DNA of 63,967 nucleotides, filler included, from Octopus bimaculoides (lineage: Eukaryota): assembly GCF_001194135.2 (NCBI RefSeq). It is 8 parts of 8 records of this genome, joined end to end, with 100 filler letters (N's around TTAATTAATTAA, not from the genome) between each part and the next. Parts side by side here need not be neighbours in the genome. Positions count along the whole stretch, not along the records: positions 49,236 to 59,806 come from NC_068983.1; positions 59,907 to 60,972 come from NW_026372144.1; positions 61,073 to 62,121 come from NC_068981.1; positions 62,222 to 63,967 come from NC_068990.1; 4 more parts are not named here. One strand, written 5' to 3'. Positions 51,819 through 63,552 of this stretch are shown here, piece after piece. A model generated the notes under the pieces. It worked only from the letters and a program-made list of their open reading frames with translations. It was not told the origin of the DNA and did not search any database. Position 1 is the stretch's first letter. The number at the start of each line of letters is the position of its first letter. Position numbers and translations under genes: made by a program.

Positions 51819-52494
51819 TAGCTTGCTTACCAACCACATCGTTCCGGGTTCAGTCCCACTGCGTGGCACCGTGGGCAGTGTCTTCTACTATAACCTCGGG
51901 CCGACCAAAACCTTGTGAGTGGATTCGGTAGAGGGAAACTTGAAAGAAGCCCGTCGTATATATATATATATATATATATATATATNNNNNNNNNNNNNNN
52001 NNNNNNNNNNNNNNNNNNNNNNNNNNNNNNNNNNNNNNNNNNNNNNNNNNNNNNNNNNNNNNNNNNNNNNNNNNNNNNNNNNNNNNNNNNNNNNNNNNNN
52101 NNNNNNNNNNNNNNNNNNNNNNNNNNNNNNNNNNNNNNNNNNNNNNNNNNNNNNNNNNNNNNNNNNNNNNNNNNNNNNNNNNNNNNNNNNNNNNNNNNNN
52201 NNNNNNNNNNNNNNNNNNNNNNNNNNNNNNNNNNNNNNNNNNNNNNNNNNNNNNNNNNNNNNNNNNNNNNNNNNNNNNNNNNNNNNNNNNNNNNNNNNNN
52301 NNNNNNNNNNNNNNNNNNNNNNNNNNNNNNNNNNNNNNNNNNNNNNNNNNNNNNNNNNNNNNNNNNNNNNNNNNNNNNNNNNNNNNNNNNNNNNNNNNNN
52401 NNNNNNNNNNNNNNNNNNNNNNNNNNNNNNNNNNNNNNNNNNNNNNNNNNNNNNNNNNNNNNNNNNNNNNNNNNNNNNNNNNNNNNNNNNNNNN

Positions 52495-52553
<59 letters not shown>

Positions 52554-53492
52554 TGTGTGTGTGCGTGAATGTTTGTGTGTCTGTCTTTTTCCCCCCAACA
52601 TCGCTTGACAACCGATGCTGGTGTGTTTACGTCCCCGTAACTTAGCGTTTCGGCAAAAGAGACCGATAGGATAAGTACTAGACTTACAAAGAATAAGTCC
52701 TGGGGTCGATTTGCTTGACTAAAGGCGGTGCTCCAGCATGGCCACAGTCAAATGACTGAAACAAGTAAAAGAGAAAGAGAAACGGGATAGATTCACTCCA
52801 GCATTGAACCAAATAAATATTGTCTTGTGAATATATTTTACATAATTACATATTCAGGACGCAGGCTTGGCTGTGTGGTAAGTTTTCTTCCTAACCCCAT
52901 GGTTCCGAGTTCAGTCTCACTTGAGGCACCTTGGGCAAGTGTCTTTTACTGTAGCTTCTGACTAACCAACGCCTTGTGAGTGGATTTGATAGATGGAAAC
53001 TGAAAGAAACCTGTCGCACATGCTCGCGCGCGCGTGTGTATCTTTATGCCTGTATTTGTTCCCCACCACCGCTTGCCAACCGGTATTGGTGTGTTTCCAT
53101 CCTCGTAACTTAGCAGTTCGGCAAAAGAAACCGATAAGACTAAAAAAAAAACATTAATTACTGAGGTCAATTCGTTCGACTAAAATTCCCCCAAGACGAT
53201 GCCGTAGCATGGCCGCCGTCTAATGACTAATACAAGTAAGACATTAAAAAATGATAAAGGATTCTACATTTACAAAAAGGAAAATGGTCATTAAATATTC
53301 TCTTTTGAAACGTTGTTGCCTTGTTTCTTGGCAAAATTTAAATGACGTTTAAAGAGAATGACTTTCCCCAGACAATAAAAATTTGTAAATAATATTCTTG
53401 TTAACATGGTTTTGCATTTATTATTGCCTATTAAGTTTACGGTCGTAAAAGGAAGGCCCGCACTTTTAAACTATAGAATAAAATGTACTTAC

Positions 53493-53952
53493 CAAAAGCT
53501 AGGCTAACAAAAATTCTACCAGGTAAAGTGTAATATACTCCAGTTGTCTGAAGAATCGAACCAATGATATGCAGGGCACCAGATAACAAAATAGTTTTCT
53601 TTCGTCCAATTTTGTCCGACAATTGGCCACAGACGATAGAACCAAGCATAGCTGCTCCGCTCGTAACACCTACTAAACGTTCTTTCCAACGTATTTCGCC
53701 AGGGAAATCTTTCTTTAACAGCAGGTAACCTGACACGGTCAACATCTGATAGCCCATCAGGAATGAGTAACATAAACAGCACAGCATCAAGCCAACATAC
53801 CGTGAAGTTATTTTTGGTTCGTTTGTTTCTGTTTTCCGGGGATCGTTCGGTTGTTCACTAAACTCCTGTGACTTCGATACCAGCTCCATAGGGTCTGTCT
53901 TGGCTGTGTCTTTTTCGTACGAAGAACGAGTCATTTCATCAACAAGCGTCAT
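53493..53952 (-). CDS. First coding exon of an MFS sugar-porter transporter (SLC2A13/HMIT-like), N-terminus + TM1-4
   Basis: GYQMLTVSG..W.E.LV..GAAMLGSIVCGQLSDKIGRKKTILLSGAL..IGS..GRIF. Contains the sugar-porter D-[RK]-x-G-R-K loop and a TTTG|GTAAGT phase-1 donor at the end of TM4. Confidence 0.85.
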
Positions 53953-54369
53953 AATGTTTACACTTCTACTGCTAGATGTGTTGTTTGAGTAACTGATTCT
54001 CAGCAGCAGTTTTTATATTCAAACGCTGAAAGAAGAACAAAAATAGACTCACAATTTATTTTAGACTAATAGCACATGCAGAACATAGAGATAAAGAAAA
54101 TAATAATAAGAAGAAGAAGAGTAATAGGGAGAGCGAGAGAGAACGATGAGAGAAGGTGAGACATATAGAAGAGGAGCGACAGAGTCAGAGTTGAAGGAGG
54201 GGAAAGAAAGAAAGAGAGAAAGAAAGGAAGAAAGAAAGAAAGGAAGAAAGAAAGAAAGCGAACAATAAAGAGAACAAATGAATGTAATCCACGTAAACAA
54301 ATTTTGTAAAATGTGAGAAACATGTTTATTCGTTTTTTTAATTATCTATTGTTCTTGTCGTCGTTGTAG

Positions 54370-54377
54370 TGACGTCA
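54370..54377. promoter_or_regulatory. Palindromic CRE (TGACGTCA) ~420 bp upstream of the transporter ATG
   Basis: Exact motif in a small CpG-containing patch. Function untested. Confidence 0.3.
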
Positions 54378-55384
54378 CCGTCGTGGTGGTTGTTTAATGA
54401 AGCTGCGATCACATATATTTCAGCCTTGACAATCCTTTCCTAGATTCGATGATGAGTATCTAGGACTACCCAAATGTGGTGTAACTTCTTCTCATTTTCT
54501 TTTGATAAAAAAACAAAAAAGATGGAGAATGGGTCTAGGGAGGGTAGTGGGGGCTCAAGGTTTTTATTTATTTATTTATTTATAAAGAAACGTTGCTCCC
54601 TTAACTTTCTGATGCATCGAATAACAAAGAAAACAAAATATGCCTGTGCGCGCGTGTGTTTGCGCGCGCTCATGTGAGCATGTGGTTGCGTGTATGTATG
54701 TATGTATGTATGTATGTATGTATGTGTGTAAGTATGTGTGTAAGTATATAGGTATGTGCATGTGTACTCTTTTACTTGTTTCAGTCATTTGACTGTGGCC
54801 ATGCTGGAGCACCGCCTTTAGTCGAGCAAATCGACCCCAGGACTTATTCCTTGTAAGCCTAGTACTTATTCTATCGGTCGTTTTTGCCGAACCGCTAGGT
54901 TACGGGGACGTAAACACACCAGCATCGGTTGTCAAGCGATGTTGGGGGGGGGGGACAAACACAGACACACAAACATATACACACACATATACGACGGACT
55001 TCTTTCAGTTTCTGTCTACGAAATCCACTCACAAGGCTTTGGTCGACCCGAGGCTACAGTAGAAGACACTTGCCCAAGGTGCCACGCAGTGGGACTGAAC
55101 CCGGAACCATGTGGTTCGTAAGCAAGCTACTTACCACACAGCCACTGTGTGTATCATTGGATANNNNNNNNNNNNNNNNNNNNNNNNNNNNNNNNNNNNN
55201 NNNNNNNNNNNNNNNNNNNNNNNNNNNNNNNNNNNNNNNNNNNNNNNNNNNNNNNNNNNNNNNNNNNGTCCTGTACCCAGATATGCCCCTATACGTACAG
55301 GTGGATGTCGGTATGCACATACCTGTACGTATATATGCATATACTCATTTACTATTTGTTTTTATATATATATATATATATGTA

Positions 55385-55545
55385 TTGGGTTGGTGCATAA
55401 TTATTGCGGGGTTTTTTTTTTCAACTAAAGCATTAACGATATTTAACAAAAACATCTTTAAATGACGGTCTTACTGTCTGCCAAGCAAATGGGAAGCAGT
55501 AATTGAAGTAGATGGTGAATATGCGCCGGAATAATCATTTTAAAA
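55385..55545 (+). mobile_element. Deleted mariner element (TIR joined to transposase C-terminus)
   Basis: TA|TTGGGTTGGTGCATAATTATTGCGG resembles a mariner TIR. LPSKWEAVIEVDGEY* follows. Confidence 0.65.
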
Positions 55546-56072
55546 TGTTTTTGTTACATGTTGTTATTGTGTTCTTGAGCAAGACACTTTATTTCACTTA
55601 GCTCCAGTCCACTCAGCTGGCAAAAATGAGTAGTACCTGTATTTCAAAGGACCGGCCTTGTCACACTTTGTGTCACATTGAATCTCCCTGAGAACTATGT
55701 TAGGGGTACACGNNNNNNNNNNCACTTTGTGTCACATTGAATCTCCCTGAGAACTATGTTAGGGGTACACGTGTCTGTGGAATGTTCAGCCACTTGCCTG
55801 TTAATTTCACGAGCAAACTCTTCGTTGATCGCATCAGCTGGGACATATATTAAAAAGAGCACTCCGTCGGTTACGACGACGAGTGTCATTTATATATATG
55901 TATATATATATATATATATAAACATGTATATATATATAAATATATGTATACACACACACACACATACACATACATATATAGCTTGGATTATAGCTCTATC
56001 TACATAATATGCATGCATGTACGTATGTATATATGTATATATAGATGCATATACACACATATATATGTATAT

Positions 56073-56136
<64 letters not shown>

Positions 56137-56240
56137 GTGAATGTATACACACAAACACACACATATATATATGTATGTTTACGCATACACACGTATATAT
56201 GGATGTGCATGTGTTTGTGTATATATAGGTCTCCCTCTCT

Positions 56241-57265
56241 CGGATCTTGTTCAAAACGGGGGCACCAGTTTTCATTAATGTTTTATGTAGTGTTTTTGGT
56301 ACCGAAAGACTTTCAAACTTCGTATACTTATCTATTTTGGGATCTAGTTCAAAACGGGGGCACAGTATTTTCTTAACGAAACACTTTGAAACTTAGGACA
56401 CTGGTAGAATGTATCATATAAACATCTTTTTCTCTTAGTCTTCTTAACAAAAAAAACGTACATCGCAAGTTATTCCATGTTAAAGTTGTCGTATTTCTGT
56501 AATTTCAACCAATGACTGACGTCCATTCAGCCGAATACATTAAGTGCTGGGCGGTGATAAAATTATTATTTCCTTGTCAAAAAATAGCTGAAGCATATTG
56601 GCAGTAGGGTTAGGGTTAGGGTTAAGGTTAGGCAGTAGCTAATAAACCTTTCATACAGTTCAGACAGATGTTAACGAAATAAACATGCGTGAAAGAAAAT
56701 GAAAAAAAGCAAATGTTGTACACATACAGTTCAGGCAGATGTTAACGAAATTATAAATGGAGATTAAATACGCTTTACACCGCTTAAACTGCCAAAGGAG
56801 TTAAGTGTAAACAACTGAATACTTGTCAGTGATTGGTTGAAATTATCGAAATAAGACAATTTTTTACATGAAATAAATTCGAATACAAATTTTTTTTTCT
56901 GTTCTATAACACAAAATAGGGATCTTTCATTAATGTTTTACGTAGTGTTTTTGGTACTGAAAGACTTTCAAACTTCGTATACTTATCTATTTTGTGTTAT
57001 AGAACAGAAAAATATTTTTGTATTCGAATTTATTTCATGTAAAAAATTGTCTTATTTCGATAATTTCAACCAATCACTGACAAGTATTCAGTTGTTTACA
57101 TTTACTCCTTTGGCTGATTAAGCCATAGCTNNNNNNNNNNATGTGGCCCCCGTTTTAAAAAAGATCCCAAAATAGATAAGTATACGAAGTTTGAAAGTCT
57201 TTCGGTACCAAAAACACTACATAAAACATTAATGAAAACTGGTGCCCCCGTTTTGAACGAGATCC

Positions 57266-57266
<1 letters not shown>
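56241..57266. mobile_element. Fold-back DNA element with ~120-bp TIRs and a nested palindrome
   Basis: CGGATCTTGTTCAAAACGGGGGCACC.. versus ..GGTGCCCCCGTTTTGAACGAGATCCG. Inner inverted repeat 56791-56920 / 56987-57114 and a short (GGGTTA)n near 56604-56630. Confidence 0.8.
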
Positions 57267-57327
<61 letters not shown>

Positions 57328-58592
57328 AGTAGCAGCAGCAGCAGTAGCAGCAGTAGTAGTTGTAGTAGTTCACTCGGCATTATCTGGAAAATGGAGTAGA
57401 TCAGCTTGTGACCGATTTTTGAATCCTCGAATGAGAATCGTCCCATTTTTCATAAATGCTTCACTTCAAACATATTGTTGCTATCCAGACACATACACAC
57501 ACAGGCGCAAACACACACACGCAAACACACATACACGCACACACATGTACACACGCGGACGACGGGGAGCGGGCGTATACATACATGCCTGCATACATAC
57601 ATATACGTACACATGAAACACATACATACATACATACATACAGATACATACACACAGATCCATATGCATACATAAATGCATACATACACATACATAAACG
57701 CAGATACATACATACATACATACAAACATACATACATACATACATACAAACATACATACGTACATACATACATACATACATACATGCATGCATACATACA
57801 AGTTCAAGTTTATACCTGTAATTATTGGAGCCCCTGGGATATGTAACACACTGCCTAAATACCAGTCTTGAGAAATTAGGCTTCTCAAAACCAGAAAGGA
57901 GAAAGCTAATTCGGTGACTACAGATCCAAGCCATCACTGAAACTGTAAACATCTGTGAAACTGTCCAGAAGTTTATCATTTAAGTGTATATGAGCATGTC
58001 TAGATATGCAACCATATGCAAGAGAATGCATAAAGCAAAACATGCAAATCTGCAAGTATACAAACGTACTTACATACATATATACAAACAAAAATACCCT
58101 ATTGTTGCTATTGAAATTTCAATGAAGGTGCCTTGAATTTAGGTTAGAAGCCGATTCTTTCTCTATTGGCAAGAAATCTTCAAATAAAACTGAACAATGA
58201 CATACATACATACAGTTATGCACGCATGTATGCACACATTTGTTCATTGCATGAAGTACTGCAATGGTACAGGATTTAAATTTATTTTTTGACTTTTTAA
58301 TTTGCATATAATTTACGTGCATTTCACTAAACATTTACAAAAGGAAATAACGTGCGCGCACATTCACACACTTATGCAAATATTTATACACACAACGTAT
58401 GGTTATTATGTATTATAGGGACGTATAAGTTTGTGTGTTAGGACAGACTATAGTTAAGCTCCAGGTTCGGGGATTATGCAAATGAGGAGTCCAACGTCGG
58501 TCATATATCAGCATGTGTATATGTAAAAAAAATTTCAGAATGAGATAAAAATCCAAGGATGTGAAAGATTTCAGAACATTTATAAATAGAAG

Positions 58593-58640
58593 GTCTTACA
58601 GCTGTTTCCGGGATATTTTATATATTCCTTCGTTGTAGAC
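58593..58640 (-). ncRNA. Degenerate minimal type I hammerhead ribozyme (left arm)
   Basis: GTCT / ACAACGA / A-GGAATAT-ataaa-ATATCCC-G / GAAA / C-AGCT-G / TA / AGAC. Confidence 0.55.
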
Positions 58641-59099
58641 GGTGTGAGAAAATGGTTAAGCAATAGTTATTTTAGATAAGATATGAATTTTTTTTTTATT
58701 CCTCTCTTCTTGTTTTCGATTTGACCTTACAAATACATTCCCGACTTTTAATTCACTTTAAATAAAACCATCGATTCAATAACACTGTGTACAAACTCTA
58801 TACTTGGAATGACCAATTTTAAATACTATTGGAACTTACNNNNNNNNNNNNNNNNNNNNNNNNNNNNNNNNNNNNNNNNNNNNNNNNNNNNNNNNNNNNN
58901 NNNNNNNNNNNNNNNNNNNNNNNNNNNNNNNNNNNNNNNNNNNNNNNNNNNNNNNNNNNNNNNNNNNNNNNNNNNNNNNNNNNNNNNNNNNNNNNNNNNN
59001 NNNNNNNNNNNNNNNNNNNNNNNNNNNNNNNNNNNNNNNNNNNNNNCTCTATTTCATATCTTATCTAAATTAACTATTGCTTAACCATTTTCTCACACC

Positions 59100-59147
59100 G
59101 TCTCCAATGAAGGGATATTTAAAATATCTCGGAAACAGCTGTAAGAC
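59100..59147 (+). ncRNA. Degenerate minimal type I hammerhead ribozyme (right arm)
   Basis: GTCT / CCAATGA / A-GGGATAT-ttaaa-ATATCTC-G / GAAA / C-AGCT-G / TA / AGAC. Confidence 0.6.
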
Positions 59148-59305
59148 CTTCTATTTATAAATGTTCGGCATCTATTTCTAGCATATAGGAGACCTCTTTT
59201 GCTGGTCATTCCTCTTATTCTTGTATGTAATATAATTTTAATCTTCGGATTTTTTTAATATGCTAGACCACTGGTTTTAATTGATTAATATCAATTTCTA
59301 CCCTT

Positions 59306-59345
<40 letters not shown>

Positions 59346-59348
<3 letters not shown>

Positions 59349-59663
59349 ATTCAAATAAGAGCTATAACGCGATCCATTGTAAAGATTTTTTTAATGACCT
59401 ATGAACATTTCGATGCAATATCCCGACTCGCTCCTGTATGTTATAAGATATGGAATATTGTATCTCTACACATGTAATTTAAGGACAACTATTAATGCTG
59501 TCTGTTATTTACTGTCTGCTATGAATTAATCAAATCTGAACCTGAAAAGATACAATATTCCATATTTTATAACATACACGAGTCGGGATATTGCATCGAA
59601 ATGTTCATAGGTCATTAAAAAAATCTTTACAACGGATCGCGTTATACCTCTTATTTAAATTGA
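59346..59663. mobile_element. Hairpin MITE, ~120-bp TIRs, TA flanks
   Basis: TCAATTCAAATAAGAG..GGAATATTGTATCT is mirrored by AGATACAATATTCC..CTCTTATTTAAATTGA. Confidence 0.8.
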
Positions 59664-59766
59664 TATGCACACAAAATTGTATGACTAACAACCTTTCATA
59701 AGAGAATTTTGCTACGTTGATAACAGGTACAATATTTTACCAAATTTTTGGTAGAGATCTATAAAT

Positions 59767-59806
<40 letters not shown>

Positions 59807-59906
59807 NNNNNNNNNNNNNNNNNNNNNNNNNNNNNNNNNNNNNNNNNNNNTTAATTAATTAANNNNNNNNNNNNNNNNNNNNNNNNNNNNNNNNNNNNNN
59901 NNNNNN

Positions 59907-60925
59907 GTGGGGCGGCATTGAACACATTCGGTTTGCCTTCCTCATTGCGACAGGACGTTAACATACTCGCACCAAAGTTACTTCTGGAGTTGTCGTATGA
60001 TGCTGATAGCCTTGCAGAGTACCTGAGAGTAAATGAACCAAAATTGCTCGCTGATCAGAGGCTGGCATACGAAACTGTCATCAGTGCCGTTGAAAAACAG
60101 GTGGGTGGCATTTTTTCCTCGATGCTCCTGAAGGTACCGGCAAATCCTTTGTAACACGATTAATACTTGCTAAGATTCGTCGCGAGAAACAAATTGCGCT
60201 AGCCATTACCTCCTTGGGAATCGCTGCTATGTTATTGCCAGGAGGTAGGACGGCGCACTCGGCATTCAAGCTGCCTTTGGATTTGGTTAGGGCCGAGGTT
60301 CCTACTTGCAACATTAGCAAAAATTCAGAGGAAGCTGAAGTTCTTAGATAGTGCCGTCTCATTGTATGGGACGAATGCACAATGGCCAATAAGGGTGCCC
60401 TTGAGGCATTGGACTGGTTACTGAAAGATATCAGGGATTCTACAGCTTCTATGAGTGGTGTAACTCTATTGCTTTCAGGAGATTTCCAACAAACCCTTCC
60501 TGTCATCCCTAAAGGAACCAGGGCTGATGAAGTGCGTGCATGCCTTAAGTCATCCACGCTGTGGCCCCAGGTTAAGATGTTAAGCACAAACATGCGAGCG
60601 CACTTGCTTGGTGATAGCACGTCTGCAGCATTTGCTGAAGACATTTTAGCCCTTGGAGAAGGGAAGGTTCCTAAGAATGATAAGGGTGACATATCCATCT
60701 CTGAACTGTGCAACACAGTGGACAGCCCTTCTGATCTTTTGGAAACTGTTCCCCAATCTGGAAAGTAACTATGTAGACATCAATTGGCTCAGTGAATGAA
60801 CCATCCTGGTCCCCAAAAATGTAGCTGTAAGTGCTATCAATGACCAGCTCATAAGCCGAATTCCGAGTGAGGAAAGCATCTACAAATCGATTGACCGGAC
60901 GTGTGACCCCCAAGACATTGTCAAT
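59907..60925 (+). mobile_element. Helitron RepHel PIF1-type helicase fragment (frameshifts/stops), interrupted by a SINE A head
   Basis: FLDAPEGTGKS (Walker A, 60118-60147), GGRTAHSAFKLP, IVWDECTMA, LLLSGDFQQTLPVIPKG, LSTNMR, ILVPKN. Confidence 0.92.
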
Positions 60926-61072
60926 AGGCGTGGGAGTGGCTGTGTGGTAAGTAGCTTGCTTACCAACCACATNNNNNNNNNNNNNNNNNNNNNNNNNNNN
61001 NNNNNNNNNNNNNNNNTTAATTAATTAANNNNNNNNNNNNNNNNNNNNNNNNNNNNNNNNNNNNNNNNNNNN

Positions 61073-61830
61073 GATTGGAAAGCGTGTTAATGTAACTAGT
61101 GGTTTCTTCTGGTTTCCTGAACGGGTGGTGGAGTCCTTCATCTAAGTCTAGTGTAGCATCTAAAAAATTAACAATCTTAGAGTTAGTCATAAATTCAAGT
61201 TTTAAGTTAAAGGATTTAAAGAAGTGTCTAATCTTTTTCCTAACTCTTTCTAGGGTGTTCTTGTTATTGGTAGGGTAAATGAATAGAGCATCGTCTCTGT
61301 ATAGATCCCCCTGGAGGTCTGGTACCTCCGAGAATAGCCTCTTCAGTAGAAAGGCTCCGACTAAGTCAGTTACCTAAGCTGAGTCGCTCGAGCCCATAGC
61401 CACATTGAAGTTATCAGGGGTGTCCGACCTGGTCCAAAGTTTACCCTCGAATTTAATTATAGTTTTCCTAGCTAAGAGCATGATATCTATTTTTTCTCTA
61501 TCTATAAGGGAGGGGTTACGAGCATAAATCAGGGACTTATTTAATAGGATAGGGGAAATGCTTGCATAGTAATTTGATATATCGAATTGTATAAAAGAAA
61601 AGTCTTTCTTACACTGGATAGAGTTGAACCATTTCAAAACGTCCTCAGTATTGACCCATATGCTGAGTGGGATGTGAGGTTTAATTCGTGGAATTACTCC
61701 GTCTAGGATAGTCTTACTCAGTCTGCCTTTGTCTGACTTAGTTGGGCGTATAAGCCTCACTTGTATGTTCTCTGGGAATCCTTTCTTATGGTCCTTAATA
61801 CTAATCCATGGTTCCTGGGGGATGAGAGGT
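61073..61830 (-). mobile_element. Penelope-like (Naiad-type) reverse transcriptase fragment
   Basis: IKDHK..RLIRPTKSDKGRLSK..W.NT..V..WF..FIQFDI..YY.SI..NVAMGSSDSA*VTDLVG..LYRDD..NFLD.TL..PFRKP..YIN. YRDD is at 61301-61290, in the same frame past a TAG at 61376-61374. Confidence 0.9.
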
Positions 61831-63518
61831 TCCGTCCTATATTTATAGTCTGAATGTACAGAAAAACAAAAGCCGAAGACAAGTGTATAAGCAAGAAACA
61901 GGTGTATTAGTTTAACGGTCAGGAAGATGAGAAAGATTTCAAAAGAAAGGAACACGAGGAAATAAACAGAGAGAATAAAGAAGCTTCCGGGGCTAGTGGT
62001 CAGTATATATAGATATATATATGTATATAGATATATATGTATATAGATATATATTTGTATATGTATATATATATATATATAGGTATATATATATGTATAT
62101 AGATATATATGTATATAAATANNNNNNNNNNNNNNNNNNNNNNNNNNNNNNNNNNNNNNNNNNNNTTAATTAATTAANNNNNNNNNNNNNNNNNNNNNNN
62201 NNNNNNNNNNNNNNNNNNNNNGTGTGTGTGTGTGTGCATGTATGTATGTATGTATGTATGTGGATCGACGGATGAGTTTAGAAAATTTGTTTCATTTATC
62301 TTTGAAATCTTCAAAATGTATGGAAGAAACATATCGTAGATGTGCCTAAATGTTTATTAAGAAGTAGAAATGTGAGAAAAAGAGGAAAAAAGAAAAGCAA
62401 AAGCGAGCACTGACAGAGGAGTCAGTTTGGATATTAGTGAAGTATTGTTTGAAAACAGATCCGTTAAGTTCCATATTTTATATAAAGGCAGAAACCAAAT
62501 AGACTGGTAATGATTTTGAATATGAAGTAAAAGTAAGGAAGTAACTTGTATCAAAGTTTAAGTAGTGCATAATTTCTTAAATTACGAATGTGCAAATAAA
62601 TATCAAGAGCAGCGGATTAAATTAAAAGGAATTAATTTTCAAATGTGTAAAGTTAAAAGGCATAATTGCAATTGTGAATTATGTTTTGTTAAAGTAATGA
62701 AAAATTGCAAAGTTATGACGTTATGAAGTAATACAGAAGGAATAAGATATTTTAGATAAAATATTATTTGAAACTTTAAGTTGACAATTGACTAACTGGA
62801 ATAAAGAAAGATTATGAAAAATAATTAAAAAGAATTGTATTTGTTAAGCTGGAAATAAGGATATTATTAACTTAGTATAGCTAAACGTAATATATTTTGA
62901 GAAGAAGCCTAATTAGATGAAATGGTTATATATTTGTATAATATAATAATACTATTCATTTAAATTTAATTCTAAGCTCTCGGTATTTTTCGGCACGTTC
63001 TTAATTTTAGAAATGTTTAATTGTTTAAACTTTGATGTCAGTTACTTTTTATCTAAATACTTTCTCGTTAAATTCTCCCCCAATTACCCATCTATAATAC
63101 CTGAATCGGATTTAACATCGTCTTAGAAAAACTGTACAGATTACTATAATTACTCTTCAGAATGCTGTGTATAAAATAAGTAAATTCTGTGGCTTGCTGG
63201 ATATTGGAAAAATCAGACAAACATTAGTGAATCGTTTAAGAGGATGCCTTTTGTATGAATGATGTAACAACATAGGAACAAACCGATCTCGGTCTCATTG
63301 CTTTAAATTTCCTAGGGCTGCCTGTATGCACCTCGTTGTCTGCACTGTTGTTTTGCACCTTGGTAAAAACTACTTTTCCATCTTAGGGCATCCCATCCAA
63401 TTAAGATAAATAACTGCTTCGTTTTCCTTTGGTAACAACTACCGCACCCTGACACTTATAAGCACCTTCCTGCGAAATTCACACTCTTCTTCTCTATATA
63501 CATTATCCATCCATATAC

Positions 63519-63552
<34 letters not shown>

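Larger units (their letters stand above)
58574..59166. repeat. Inverted repeat with ~115-bp arms (Penelope pLTR-like)
   Basis: 58574-58688 is the reverse complement of 59051-59166 with scattered mismatches. Confidence 0.85.

Noticed and set aside
55663-55772. ~50-bp direct duplication
   Set aside because: It straddles a 10-N gap exactly, which is typical of unmerged contig overlap.
9941-58000. Dozens of ORFs rich in YI/CV/HT/II/LL/VV repeats or X runs in the ORF track
   Set aside because: They are translations of (TA)n, (CA)n, (AAT)n and (TAG)n microsatellites or of N gaps, not genes.
61981-62004. CTGACCA...GGAAGCTTC upstream of the PLE RT as a possible hammerhead
   Set aside because: The core is mismatched, there is no convincing stem II or stem I, and it is cut off by (TA)n.
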